Below are positions 53,556 to 64,000 of a stretch of DNA of 64,000 nt, piece after piece; within the stretch, counting starts at the first letter, position 1; each line of letters opens with the position of its first letter. Origin of the DNA: Chrysomallon squamiferum (taxonomy: Eukaryota > Animalia > Mollusca); the NCBI GenBank assembly GCA_012295275.1, contig CM022675.1, positions 806,001 through 870,000 on the forward strand, in the 5' to 3' direction. Position numbers and translations under genes: made by a program. The notes beneath the pieces are model-generated. The model had not been told where the DNA came from, searched no databases, and worked only from the letters and a program-made list of their open reading frames with translations.

Positions 53556-56209
53556 TATGTATGTATATATGTATGTTTATGTATGGCTGTGTGTGTGTGT
53601 GTGTAAATTTCACATGATGCGAGAATGACACCTGACATGAATGTTCTGTATATAACGTCTTTCATATATAATATATACATGATGAATTTAAATCACACAA
53701 ATGAAGGAAAAAAGTAATTTGAAAAAAACATTTGACAATTTGACCATGATACTCTTTGTTCCGTTAGACAAAGGCAGAGGTTTTCAAACTCTTTTTTAAC
53801 TGTATCACTTGGAGAAAATATTTGTATGACAAGTACCCCTTTCCAAAGAACATCACAGAGAAGCCTTTTGTATGGTCAGTTAATAAGTGAGAATATTTTT
53901 TGAAAAAAAAAACACATTTGCTGTCATTTTTGGACAGACAGGCCAAGATGATTATCATTCTTCAAGTGTCTGCTGTACAAATATTGTTTTTAATTTTAGC
54001 ATCTGCCATTGCTGAAGTTACTCCTGCACCTCCTGGTGACTCTCACATACTCCCAGGGTAGCACAGTCTGAAAAACCTCAGCCTTAACGATGTATGGATA
54101 CTGATAAATAAATTATATGGAGCAAACGGAAAAAAAAAAAAATTGTGAAATTTAATTGAAGTATTTTAATTTTAAATATCCTTAGAATGTAAAAATCACA
54201 GCCTGCCCTTGGAACAGGTACAGCATTGCACTTGTATGTATGTATGTATGTATGTATGATATATGTGTGTGTATGTGTATATGTGTGTGTGTGAGTATAT
54301 ATGTATGTGTTTGTGTGTATACATATTTAAGTATGAATATGCATGCATGTGTGCCTCAGTTTGCATGCATGACTGTATATTTAAAATGAAAATGTCAAAC
54401 CTCAAAAGTTTGATTCCATTTTGGACTGACTGTGTTGTCAATGACCTTCGTCTGAAAGGTTTCTGCTCCAACTAGAATTAAATAAATAAACAAACAAATA
54501 AATAATAAAAAAATAAAAAAAAAAAATAATAAAAAAAAAAATATATAAATAAAAAAAAAAAAAAAAAAAATAAAAAAATTAAAAAAAAAAATAGAAAAAA
54601 AAAAATAAAATAAAATAAATAAATAATTAAATGAAAAAATAATAAATAAATAAAATATAATAATAAAAATAAATAAAAATAGAAAAATAAAAATAAATAA
54701 ATAGATACATACATACATAAATAAATAATGATAGGTTTTTATGTATCAATATGTCAAGCTCTATCTCTCTGTCTGTATGTCTCTCTGTCTAACTGTCTGT
54801 CTGCCTGTGTCTCTCTCTGCTAAAAATACATTACCTGATGCTCTGATGTATGGATCTGATTTTCCTTTTCCGGTCATTGAAAAATCTGCTTTGATCAGCT
54901 CCTTAGCTTCTATCAGTGAAATACGAATAACTCCCTACAACACAGAAATAATACTAATAATAATGATGATGATTATAATGCAGTAATAACAACAGAGTAA
55001 TACTAAAAATACTTTAACAGCAATTACAATAATAATACCTAATGTAATAATATCAGCATTAGCAATACTAAAAACAGAAACTATCCATAATGAAAATGAT
55101 AATAATAACTGTGGAAAAACAATTATAATAATGATGAAAAGAAAAGTAATATTAAAATCATCAAAATTAACAACAGGATTAATAACTATAATTATCAAAA
55201 GAGAATTATTTTAAGTTTTAATAGTAAAAGTAACTATAGTAATGTTTATACTATTATAAAATAGTAATTGTAGCTGTAGTTGCAGTAATAGCAGTAGTTG
55301 TAAACATAGTTGTAGTAGTAGTAATTGTAATAGTAAATGCAGTTGACATAGTATTAGCAGCAGCAGGAACAACAACAGAAGCAGTACTAGTATTTATTGT
55401 AATAGTAATTTCAGTATAGTTGCAGTTGCATAATAGTGGTAGCAGCAGCAACAGTAATAATAGTGGTAGTATCAGCAGGAGCAGTTTCAGATGTAGTAGT
55501 AGTAGTAGTAGTAGTAGCTGTTGTTGTTGTTGTAGTGGCAGCAGTAACAGCAGTAGTCATCAATAATAATAATTATGTGTGCAAATGTGTTTGTAAATGA
55601 ATGAATGCCTGAGAAACTGAATGTAATGAATGTGAGTGTGAGCAAAAGTGAGTCTGTAGTTATTCTGTTCACCTTGGGCATGGGGTACCTCAGTTTGTGC
55701 AGGTCGACAGAGTCAGTCATTGGTATAGATATTCTGTTGGGCAAAACCATGTACGACGCTACTGTGTCTGACACTATTTCATGTAGCATGTCACTGAAAC
55801 AACAAAAATACACTGTTTATTCCTCTGTGTCTGTGTGTCATGTGTTTATAGATTTGAGTGTGGTGGTGTTTGTCTGTGTGTATGTGTGTGTGTGTTTGTA
55901 GATTTGCATGTGCTGGTCTTTGTCTGATTTGTGTGCAAGTTTATGTGGATGTATGTATATGTGTATATGTGTGTCTGATGGTTTTGTGTTCTTTGATGCG
56001 TTTTTAAAATTTAGATAAGCAAATAAATAGATGTGGCAACATAAATGTAAATAAATTTATAAATAAACTTATAAAATATTAACAACAAAAAAAAAAAAAA
56101 TTAATTCTTACTTTAGCCCAGGGACATCAAAAGCATTGGCCAAACTTGTCAGATTGAAGTCTATGTTCTGAAAATAAATTAAAATTAATTAATAATTAAG
56201 AATTAATAT

Positions 56210-56269
<60 letters not shown>

Positions 56270-58486
56270 AACAACAACAATAACAATAAAATAAAATAAA
56301 TTTGCAAGGTAATGAAAAACATAAAGAGTGTAATCAAAGGGAAGTAACTCACTGGATTGTTGAGAAAGAACACAGAAATCCCTCCAAACAATGGCATAGT
56401 GCTGATCAGAGGCTTGAAAACAACTCTCAGCATTCCATTCACCTGTAAAAACAGGTCACAATAACAATGACAATGACAATAACAATAACAATAACAATAA
56501 CAATAACAATAACAATGACAATGAAAGTGATAATAATAATAATAATTACAAAATGATAACAATATTAATAATAACAATAGCAATAACAATAATAATAGTC
56601 ACGATAACAACAACAATAATAACAATAGCTAAAATAAAAAAATAATAATCACAATAATGATGATAATAATGACAATAATGATGATAATAATAATTAGAAA
56701 TAATAATAGCAGTAACAGTAGTAGTAATAGTAATAATAATAACAAGTCATTATAACAATTACCGCTATTGTAACTACTACTTGTACTCCTCTTACTACTA
56801 CAGATATCAACACAAATACTACTGCTACTACTACTACTCCTTCTACTACTACATCAAGATGACATAAATGAAGACAAGCATTTAAAATCTATAATGATTC
56901 ATAAATAAAATATATAGAAGTGTTTACATGAAGATCCTTGATGCCAGCATTGATGCCTTTTATTTTAACTGAAACATCTGCATCGCTGCTATATCTGAAA
57001 CAGACAATTCACATACAGACAGACAGGTAGTTTGCAAATAAGTGTTAGTTTATCTGTACGTAACTTTGTACGTATGTGTGTCTGTGTGTCTAAATACTTA
57101 TACATACATTGATACAATATGAATATACAAACAAACATTATATACACATATACACATATGCACATATGCACATAAACACATATACATATATAGAGACATA
57201 TATATATATAGATAAATATATATGTACACACACACAAACACACACACACACACACACATACATACATACATACATACATACAGTGGAAACATGGCAAAAC
57301 TGGATCACCACAGTACCTTAAACAAAATGTCTTGTTTGAACAGGATTTGGTTTGTAGAATGCATAAGAGCTACTTCCCTATATATATATGTATGTATGTA
57401 TGTACTGTACAGTTTATATCTCATTTTTAACTATAAAAACAGAGAAGTTTAAATTCAATTTTATTTTTGAAACACATCAAAGTTATGTTGTGAGTGTCAC
57501 TGTGTATATAATTTTATTTTTGAGTACGCATCACATGATAGCATGAATGTCACTACAGGTCTCTGTTATTATCACTATAGGTCACTGTTATTATCACTAT
57601 AGGTCACTGTTATTATCACTACAGGTCACTGTTATTATCACTATAGGTCACTGTTATTATCACTATAGGTCACTATTATTATCACTATAGGTCACTGTTA
57701 TTATCACTACAGGTCACTGTTATTATCACTATAGGTCACTGTTATTATCAGTACAGGTCACTGTTATTATCACTATAGGTCACTGTTATTATCAGTACAG
57801 GTCACTTATTAATGAAAAATGAGACCAGGGTGCACTGTCAAGTTGTACACTTATTTCTAAGAGTAACATCTATCATCATGGATTCCATTTTCATGATTTC
57901 ATCCATATATCTTTCATCTTTAGCCAAAGCAAAGTTTCTTAGTTTTTTTAATTAGTACTAAACAGTCACTGTATGACATCTTACTCACTGCCTTCTGCAT
58001 TATCATCATCAACATCAGTTTTGTCCACCTCATCATTTCTTTTTCACCTTTCTTTTCATTTTATGTTCAAAACACATCCAATGAACAGCACCAAGAACAG
58101 TCACTTCTTTGCAGAGTTGCAAAACTGTTTCATCATTGTCAGTTTTTGTGATTAAAAACCTTTCAACAGATGTCTTCTGTATCTTGCTTTAAAATGTGAT
58201 TATGGGTGTAAGACCTTGCTGAAGCATAATGGGAGAAACTGGGTCGTGCTGTTACCTGTCAGGTAGCCAGCTGAGCTTACCTGGCTAATGGTTTGTTGAG
58301 GGTAATTAACCAATAAATTAAAGCCTTTGGAGATGAAAACCAATCTGGTATGCTAATAAACAGGATTCAGTTTATTAAGGGTTTTAATACACATAATGTA
58401 TACATGTAAATTCAGACCAAAAAACATGGGGGTTGGTGTAGAGTAATCTGGGATAATCAGGGACCAGTTTTGCCAGTTTCCACTGT

Positions 58487-58531
<45 letters not shown>

Positions 58532-60339
58532 CAATAAGTTATAAAATTTGCTGAATGTATATTCTTCAATTAAAATTCTTATCAGCTTTACATTTTTTAG
58601 TTTTATATAACCCTCCACTGATCGTGAATATATAATGTTTACAGACTGTTTGATCAAACAAATACATTCTGTTACATGCTGATGTGTTTTGAATAAATCA
58701 ATAAAGATGCACTAAAGTTTAATCTAAATGTGCTTACACGATCTCCAAATCCATGTACACTTCATCTCTTCGGACAGATTTCGTGTACACTTTCACTCCA
58801 CCAATTCGAGGTGGCTAAAAAAAAAAAATGGAAAACACATTTTTTGAAAATCTAATTTTAACTTCTAGAAAATAAATAAATAAATAAATAATCAATCAAT
58901 AAAGAAAGAAATAAATAAGAAAGAGAAAATCAACATGAGTTAACAAAAGATATTAAATTATTCCTTGATTTGCACTGTTACAAATGTAAATCATGTTTTT
59001 GTAAACTGTTAATATCATCAGTTATTTATTTTAACTTTAACATTATTATTATTATGTCTATCACCAGCACCAACTATATAAATATACATAGTTTCATGTG
59101 TGTGTAAACCATCTAGGTAATGTGAATAAAGAGGTATTTTGTATTTATAATAATAATAATGTTTTGTTAACTCTGACAATATTTAGGTATTTGCACTATG
59201 TGAACTTGTATTTGTAATCAATTATAGCTAAAAAGATCTAATGTAATGTACATATGTTGGTATATGTGTGTATCTAGATGGTATATATATATATATATAT
59301 ATGAATGTGTGTGTATATGTAAAATATATGTATGCACATATGTATGTACATACCTATGTAACACGATATCACAGAATAAAATATGTATGCATATGTGTCC
59401 CTGGTGCAGACTAATCTAATAAAATACAATAATTTCAAACAACATATTCACAAAATTATTCTAAAATCTCACAATATCTCCCAGATCTATCTTGCTGAAC
59501 TTGAATGACTTGAGGGTGCCTGGCAGACATTCTCGTATTTGAGGCTCAATTGTTTCTGTCAGAAGTTTTCTCACATAATCTCCAATGTATGGCCACAGCT
59601 GATCAATGATCTAAATTTAAAAATAAAGTTCACAATATCAAAATGCACATCATAATTAGCTTTTTAGTCTCATGACAATTTTAGCATCAAGCCAAGAGTT
59701 TCTTTCCATAATCTCCAACATACAGCTTGTCAATGATCTAAAACATAAAATAATTTCAGAAAGTTAAAATACATGTCATAATTAGCTTATTTTCTCATGA
59801 ATATTTCAAAACCAAACTAACTGCTCCTCATATAATCTTCAGCGTACAACTACTAATAATCAATAAGGTAAAAAAACAACAACAAAAAACAACCCGTCAA
59901 CAATGTATTTTTAAGTCAATTGCTCAGGGGAAAAAAAGGCAATTGATTTTAGCTTACTGAACATTTCAGTCAAGGTATCTCACCAAACATCATAATATTA
60001 GAGGTTAATTTGCATTAATCCCTTTGTATGTCCCTATCTGTTTAGCTATCTAGGAGAAAATGTTACATTTATAGAAATCTAAATACATTATTTTGTATAT
60101 TAATTATTCTTCCTGTAATTCTGTTATTGTTCTAGCAATGAGGAATCAGTTATTGCCTGGAATTTTTTCTCAAAGTGGTGATTCACTGTTTCAATTATAT
60201 GTAACAAAATTGATTAAATAATAACCTTCAGTCGAGGAATATTTGTGTATACTGTTCTACTACTTTCAGTTTTTGATGTATGAACAAATGTTCTTTGAAT
60301 TATGAAATGCATAAATTAAAATTCTATATATATATATAA

Positions 60340-60379
<40 letters not shown>

Positions 60380-60947
60380 TTATAGAGATAGTCAGACAGA
60401 AGACAGACAGACAGATAAATAGATAAAAAAATAATAAAAAATTACTAATTTAGTAATTAGAAAAAAAAGTAATAACTAGAAATGACATAGATGGACAAAT
60501 CTTTAACAGTTATTTTAAAACTGTTTCAAACATTAGTAAATTGTTAACTGTCAGCCATATGTTTTATGGAACAGCCCTTCCATTATTAAAAAACAATGAA
60601 ACATTTTAACACGGTGAAGCAGTATAAACTAAAATAGATTGATGTAACACGTGTACTCAGTAAGTAAATATTTGAGTCACCAGTTTGAAACATTTTTGTT
60701 TTTTCAGGTTACTAAAACAGACAAAAATTCATTTCTGAATCCAGTATGATTACAGCATATAGTGAATAATAATTAATATATATACATTTGCATAAATATT
60801 CACAAGAGAAATAAAAGCAACAGATGTCAACAAATGTATAATACATTTTTAAAATTGTAAGCCACATATATTTATCAGATTACAGCCAAGGTAATTAAAA
60901 TAATCAAGTGGTTCTCTGATAAAAACATCAACAAGATAAATTAATTA

Positions 60948-60986
<39 letters not shown>

Positions 60987-61798
60987 GAGTGAAAGAGACT
61001 AAGAAAGAGAGAATAAGAGATAAAGAAAGAGATGTACAATGAGATCATATACACAGACACAATCTAAATGGCACTTCTCAAACACATGAGAAGATATCCT
61101 GTTGTAATTGGTGAACAGTTTAATGACACTGTAGTAGTGGGTTTCCTATCTCTCAAAGTGTTACATACTAACATGTCATGGCTTACATCCATTAATAATA
61201 AACATTAAAAATTAGAAATTTAAAGATAATTAACCTGATGTTCTCCGCTTTTTTTCTTTTCATTTAATATTCTAGCTTTCTTGAAACTTGTAAATTTAGA
61301 AAGAAAATTAACAAATAAAATTTAAAAAATAGAAAAGAAATTCATGTTTAAAATAAAGTAAATATAAAAAATACATACCTTATTCAGCCATTCAGCTCTT
61401 TCAATATCAGGAAAGTAAACCTGAAATAAAAAATTAAAAAAAAAAATAAAAATTAAATTAAATTCAATAAAAAAATTTAAATGTAAGTTCTATTAACATA
61501 GTTTTTGAGTACTTTTGTGATCTGATATGAATAATTAAAAAAAGGAATACATTTAAAAAGGTGTATAATAATAATAATATTTTCTTAAGTTTTTTTGTTG
61601 TTTTTTTAATATTCCCTCTCAGAGTGATTAAAAGAAAAATAAACAAAATCTGTAAAATGATTGGAATAGGCTATATAGTAAACTGACCCAAGTTCAATCA
61701 CATATTCAACAGAGTTAAAAAGTGTTCTGTTTATTTTTCAATACTAAATCAGATTTAATTAATTAAGCTCTTTTAAAAATGATTTGATCATTTTTCAG

Positions 61799-61831
<33 letters not shown>

Positions 61832-62799
61832 TTCATGAAAAAACTGAAGTTTTCAAAGAGGCACATGGAATAATGAAAGATACTTTTTAATTAAAAATTT
61901 GAAAAATATGTCATATATACATGTTAATGTAATTATATCACAAAAATTAGAAATATTTATTTTTAAATTTAAATAACTAATAAAAATATGTGTTTGTGGT
62001 CACTTTCAATTATATTTTCACACCAGTTATTTCAAAACTTTTGAAAAAATGACAATTCAATTTTTGGAATGGATTTTATTATTATTTTTTTTTTTTTTTT
62101 TAACAGAAGCTTTTGTTTGCTTCACTGGTGAAAAAAATAAAAGTTTTATTATTATTACTGGTTTAAATTCCCTTTTCCAAAATGCTTGAGACCAGAAGTA
62201 TTTTGGATTTTCAAATATAAGTCTGATAATGGGATCTCTTAAATGGTTTGGTCTTGTAGTGTTTCACATTTTGGAACACAAACAAGCTGAGAATCATATC
62301 TTGGTCTAAATATGAATTCCATTTATATTTTATTCAGGGCATACATAATATATGTTTTATATATCATATTTTTAACAATTTTGTGCTTTAAACAAATTCT
62401 GTGTAAGCAAAACAGTCCACTGCTTGGAAAATATTTCAGGTTTTCAAACATTTTTGGATAACAGATTTCAATCTGTACTATTCATAGTATTTTAATAAAA
62501 TTGAACAAAAAACAAAAACAAAAAACAAAAAAAATTCTTTAAATCTGGACCATAAGTTTATTCATTTATAACACACAGTTTATTAAATATTTGGGTTTTA
62601 ACAATTGAAATCTCTGTAATTTTTGTTATGTCATATGTAAATAAACAAAATAATAATAAAAGATTCATTATAAATATTAGCAATTACGACGGAATGAAAT
62701 TAATGTAAAAATCAGTTTTTATTATAATTTTATATGCATCTGCACTATTTATTTTTGCCTAACTGAATTAGTGAATATAAAATAGATAATTAAAATACA

Positions 62800-62833
<34 letters not shown>

Positions 62834-63564
62834 AATTATTATAAAATTATACAATGAAATATTTAAAAATTATTAATATGATTATTATTTTATTATTATC
62901 ACTGTTTCTATAACGGTTCAGTGTCTCGAAAAAGATATAAATAATGTCCATCGTTTCTGGTCGTCTGCCTACGATTTGCAAAATGTCTGATGCAGAAACA
63001 TAAAATTCAACTAATATTTTGTGCCAAAAAAAAAAATAATAATAATAATAAATACAATGACTTTTTAGCTTTTCAAAGAATATTTATAGTTCTCTAGTCA
63101 TTTAACAAAATATTAATACCTGCTAAATAATTTGTTGTGTACTGACATAAGTTTCCTGAGCAGGTGTATGAGAAGGTTTAATTGTGGGGACGAATAGACT
63201 TGGGGCGAGCTAATTAGCATTATTTGTTGAACTATCTGACAATTTAAAACAAACAAAACTTTTTAATTACCCATGAAGGCAGTTCTTCCACCCTTGCAAG
63301 AATTGCAGCTTTTTCTCTGCGTGCAATATCCTGTGAAATATTTATTTTATATTTCATCTTCTGGGTATGTTTACTTTTCCATGAGTAGACCATTAATCCA
63401 AGCAGGAGCCAGCTCGGATTAATGTGATAATATCCACAAGTCCAGATGAATAAAGTTGCTCCGGCAAGTTTAAAATATCGAGTGACAACGTTAAATATCC
63501 GTGTGTCATCGTCTACATGTCTTCTTGTTGGAGAACTGTCCCTACTAGTACTTGTTCTCGACAT
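34492..63564 (-). CDS. ESYT2: Extended synaptotagmin (membrane hairpin + SMP + C2A/C2B/C2C), 21 core exons, about 813 codons, with one in-frame TGA at 35840-35842
   Basis: All introns are GT-AG and phases are consistent. Exons: 63564-63271, 61420-61379, 59610-59473, 58814-58738, 56994-56928, 56442-56353, 56167-56112, 55793-55673, 54934-54835, 54471-54401, 53095-53010, 52476-52428, 51338-51249, 46325-46236, 39536-39375, 38964-38815, 37446-37142, 36399-36301, 35888-35751, 35370-35215, 34552-34492. Motifs: LPSW|VYFPDIERAEWLNK|IIDQLWPY (SMP start), MVLPNRI, GKSDPY and MDKDPGNKDDDLG (C2A aspartates), NLDSARDLP (C2B), YLLPDKSSSSKRKT (C2C basic patch). The symbol is family-level; the paralog number is nominal. 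Confidence 0.95.
34790..34960 (+). mobile_element. Degenerate SINE-like interspersed repeat (related copy at about 61085-61205)
   Basis: Layout CTTGCTGCTAAT...GGTTTCTCCTCT...TAAACATTT with a CTTT tail; a similar order of motifs occurs at 61085-61205. It resembles a repeat family I recall from gastropod genomes (unverified). Confidence 0.35.
36010..36320. repeat. 62-63 bp tandem repeat containing the donor of ESYT exon 18
   Basis: Units of ATATTATCACTAGACATATAATACATAAATACTTACAGACACTCAGTGTTACATACCAGT. The terminal unit is the real junction GAATACTTAC|GCACACTGGTGTACA. Confidence 0.85.
37452..38530. repeat. Compound (GAAT)n-containing minisatellite abutting the ESYT exon 17 acceptor
   Basis: Recurrent AATCAGTGAAAGAATGGACTATATCAATG...AATAATGAATGAATGAA. 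It supplies a (TTCA)n tract directly before the acceptor AG. Confidence 0.9.
41512..41538 (-). CDS. Candidate 27-nt ESYT microexon (DTLRTAKFL) in C2B
   Basis: ttaactgtcactttgtctttag|GATACACTCCGAACTGCAAAATTCTTG|gtatgt. Phase 0/0, no stop, located in the phase-0 intron between ...ARDLP and RGKK. Confidence 0.65.
43240..43780. repeat. Dimeric ~32+33 bp tandem repeat
   Basis: Alternating TATCAACATGTTCTTTAACTATTTTAACACTG and TATCAACATGTTATCTTCTGATTTTAACAATC. Confidence 0.9.
44940..44951 (-). CDS. Candidate 12-nt ESYT microexon (AHQS) in C2B
   Basis: atatttatgcag|GCTCATCAGTCG|gtaatg. Phase 0/0, with a long (TC)n tract about 35-105 nt upstream on the sense strand. Confidence 0.4.
53775..54081. mobile_element. 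Degenerate hAT/Charlie-like MITE
   Basis: Imperfect TIRs CAGAGGTTTTCAAACT and AGTCTGAAAAACCTCAG. No target-site duplication is recognisable. Confidence 0.4.
57281..58485. mobile_element. Non-autonomous Tc1/mariner-pogo-type element (1.2 kb)
   Basis: TIRs CAGTGGAAACATGGCAAAACTGG (from 57281) and CCAGTTTTGCCAGTTTCCACTG (ending 58485), each flanked by TA. No intact transposase ORF. Confidence 0.75.
57550..57805. repeat. 22-bp tandem repeat inside the TIR element
   Basis: About 11 units of TCACTA(T/C)AGGTCACTGTTATTA. Confidence 0.95.
59570..59875. repeat. Decayed ~125 bp triplication spanning the acceptor of ESYT exon 3
   Basis: ATAATCTCCAA...CAGCT..TCAATGATCTAAA...AAAAT.CA..TCATAATTAGCTT..TCTCATGA occurs at about 59575, 59708 and (more decayed) 59832. 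Confidence 0.75.
62158..62475. mobile_element. 318-bp pogo/Tigger-type MITE
   Basis: TA on both sides. Imperfect TIRs CTGGTTTAAATTCCCTTTTCCAAAATG and CATTTTTGGATAACAGATTTCAATCTG. Internal AAATGCTTGAGACCAGAAGTATTTTGGATTT resembles Tigger4/MER46 ends as I recall them. Confidence 0.7.
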
Positions 63565-63680
63565 TATGAAGGAATGTACTTTTTCACCTCTGCATACCTT
63601 AACTGGAGCTTCTGGCCTGGTTTGTCGATATAATAACAGTATACAGAAGTAGACAAGAAACACTGTTGAGACAACTCGTT

Positions 63681-63735
63681 GATTGGCCAATATGGATCAA
63701 AGTGGCGCTGCGCACGCGCACTTCTGGCTCGCTAT
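63681..63735 (-). promoter_or_regulatory. ESYT proximal promoter with CCAAT boxes and NRF1-like site
   Basis: GATTGGCCAAT (63681-63691, CCAAT on both strands) and TGCGCACGCGCA (63709-63720, NRF1 consensus) lie about 120-155 nt upstream of the ATG at 63564. Confidence 0.6.
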
Positions 63736-64000
63736 TACATCCGTTGTAAACATTGCCATGAAATGAAATGCAGAATGGGTCATCTAAACTGTAAGACTGC
63801 CGGTCATTATAGTACAGCAACGATATATTTAATCAGTTACAGCTTGAAAGAGGAAAGAGTGTGCATCCAGACATATACACACAAAAATTACAATTTTAAA
63901 TCTCAGCTTTATATGTTTATTTGGTTTCGGCTGAAGCTATGACAACTATATTATTACGTGATTATCAAACATTACATTACACAATAACTGTTCAGCGATT

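Noticed and set aside
63565-63690. 42-codon N-terminal extension of ESYT in the ORF track
   Set aside because: It starts at a TTG inside the CCAAT promoter motif; the first ATG is at 63564.

Overview
AT-rich, microsatellite-dense animal genomic DNA; gene structure and repeat style suggest a mollusc (inference). I can support four protein-coding genes. (1) A minus-strand gene with an ADAR2-type dsRNA-binding domain, with three exons between 19514 and 14400 and its 3' part not found. (2) An intronless DDX23/PRP28 helicase at 20552-22912 (+), head-to-head with gene 1. (3) A divergent two-exon prolyl 4-hydroxylase alpha at 27612-25824 (-). (4) A complete 21-exon extended synaptotagmin at 63564-34492 (-), reconstructed with consistent GT-AG phases. 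The ESYT has an in-frame TGA in its third C2 domain (35840-35842), two frame-preserving candidate microexons and a C-terminal ESDV PDZ ligand. At least four tandem repeats straddle real exon-intron junctions and multiply splice sites. One MITE resembles mammalian Tigger4/MER46. No database searches were run; family assignments come from recognised motifs.
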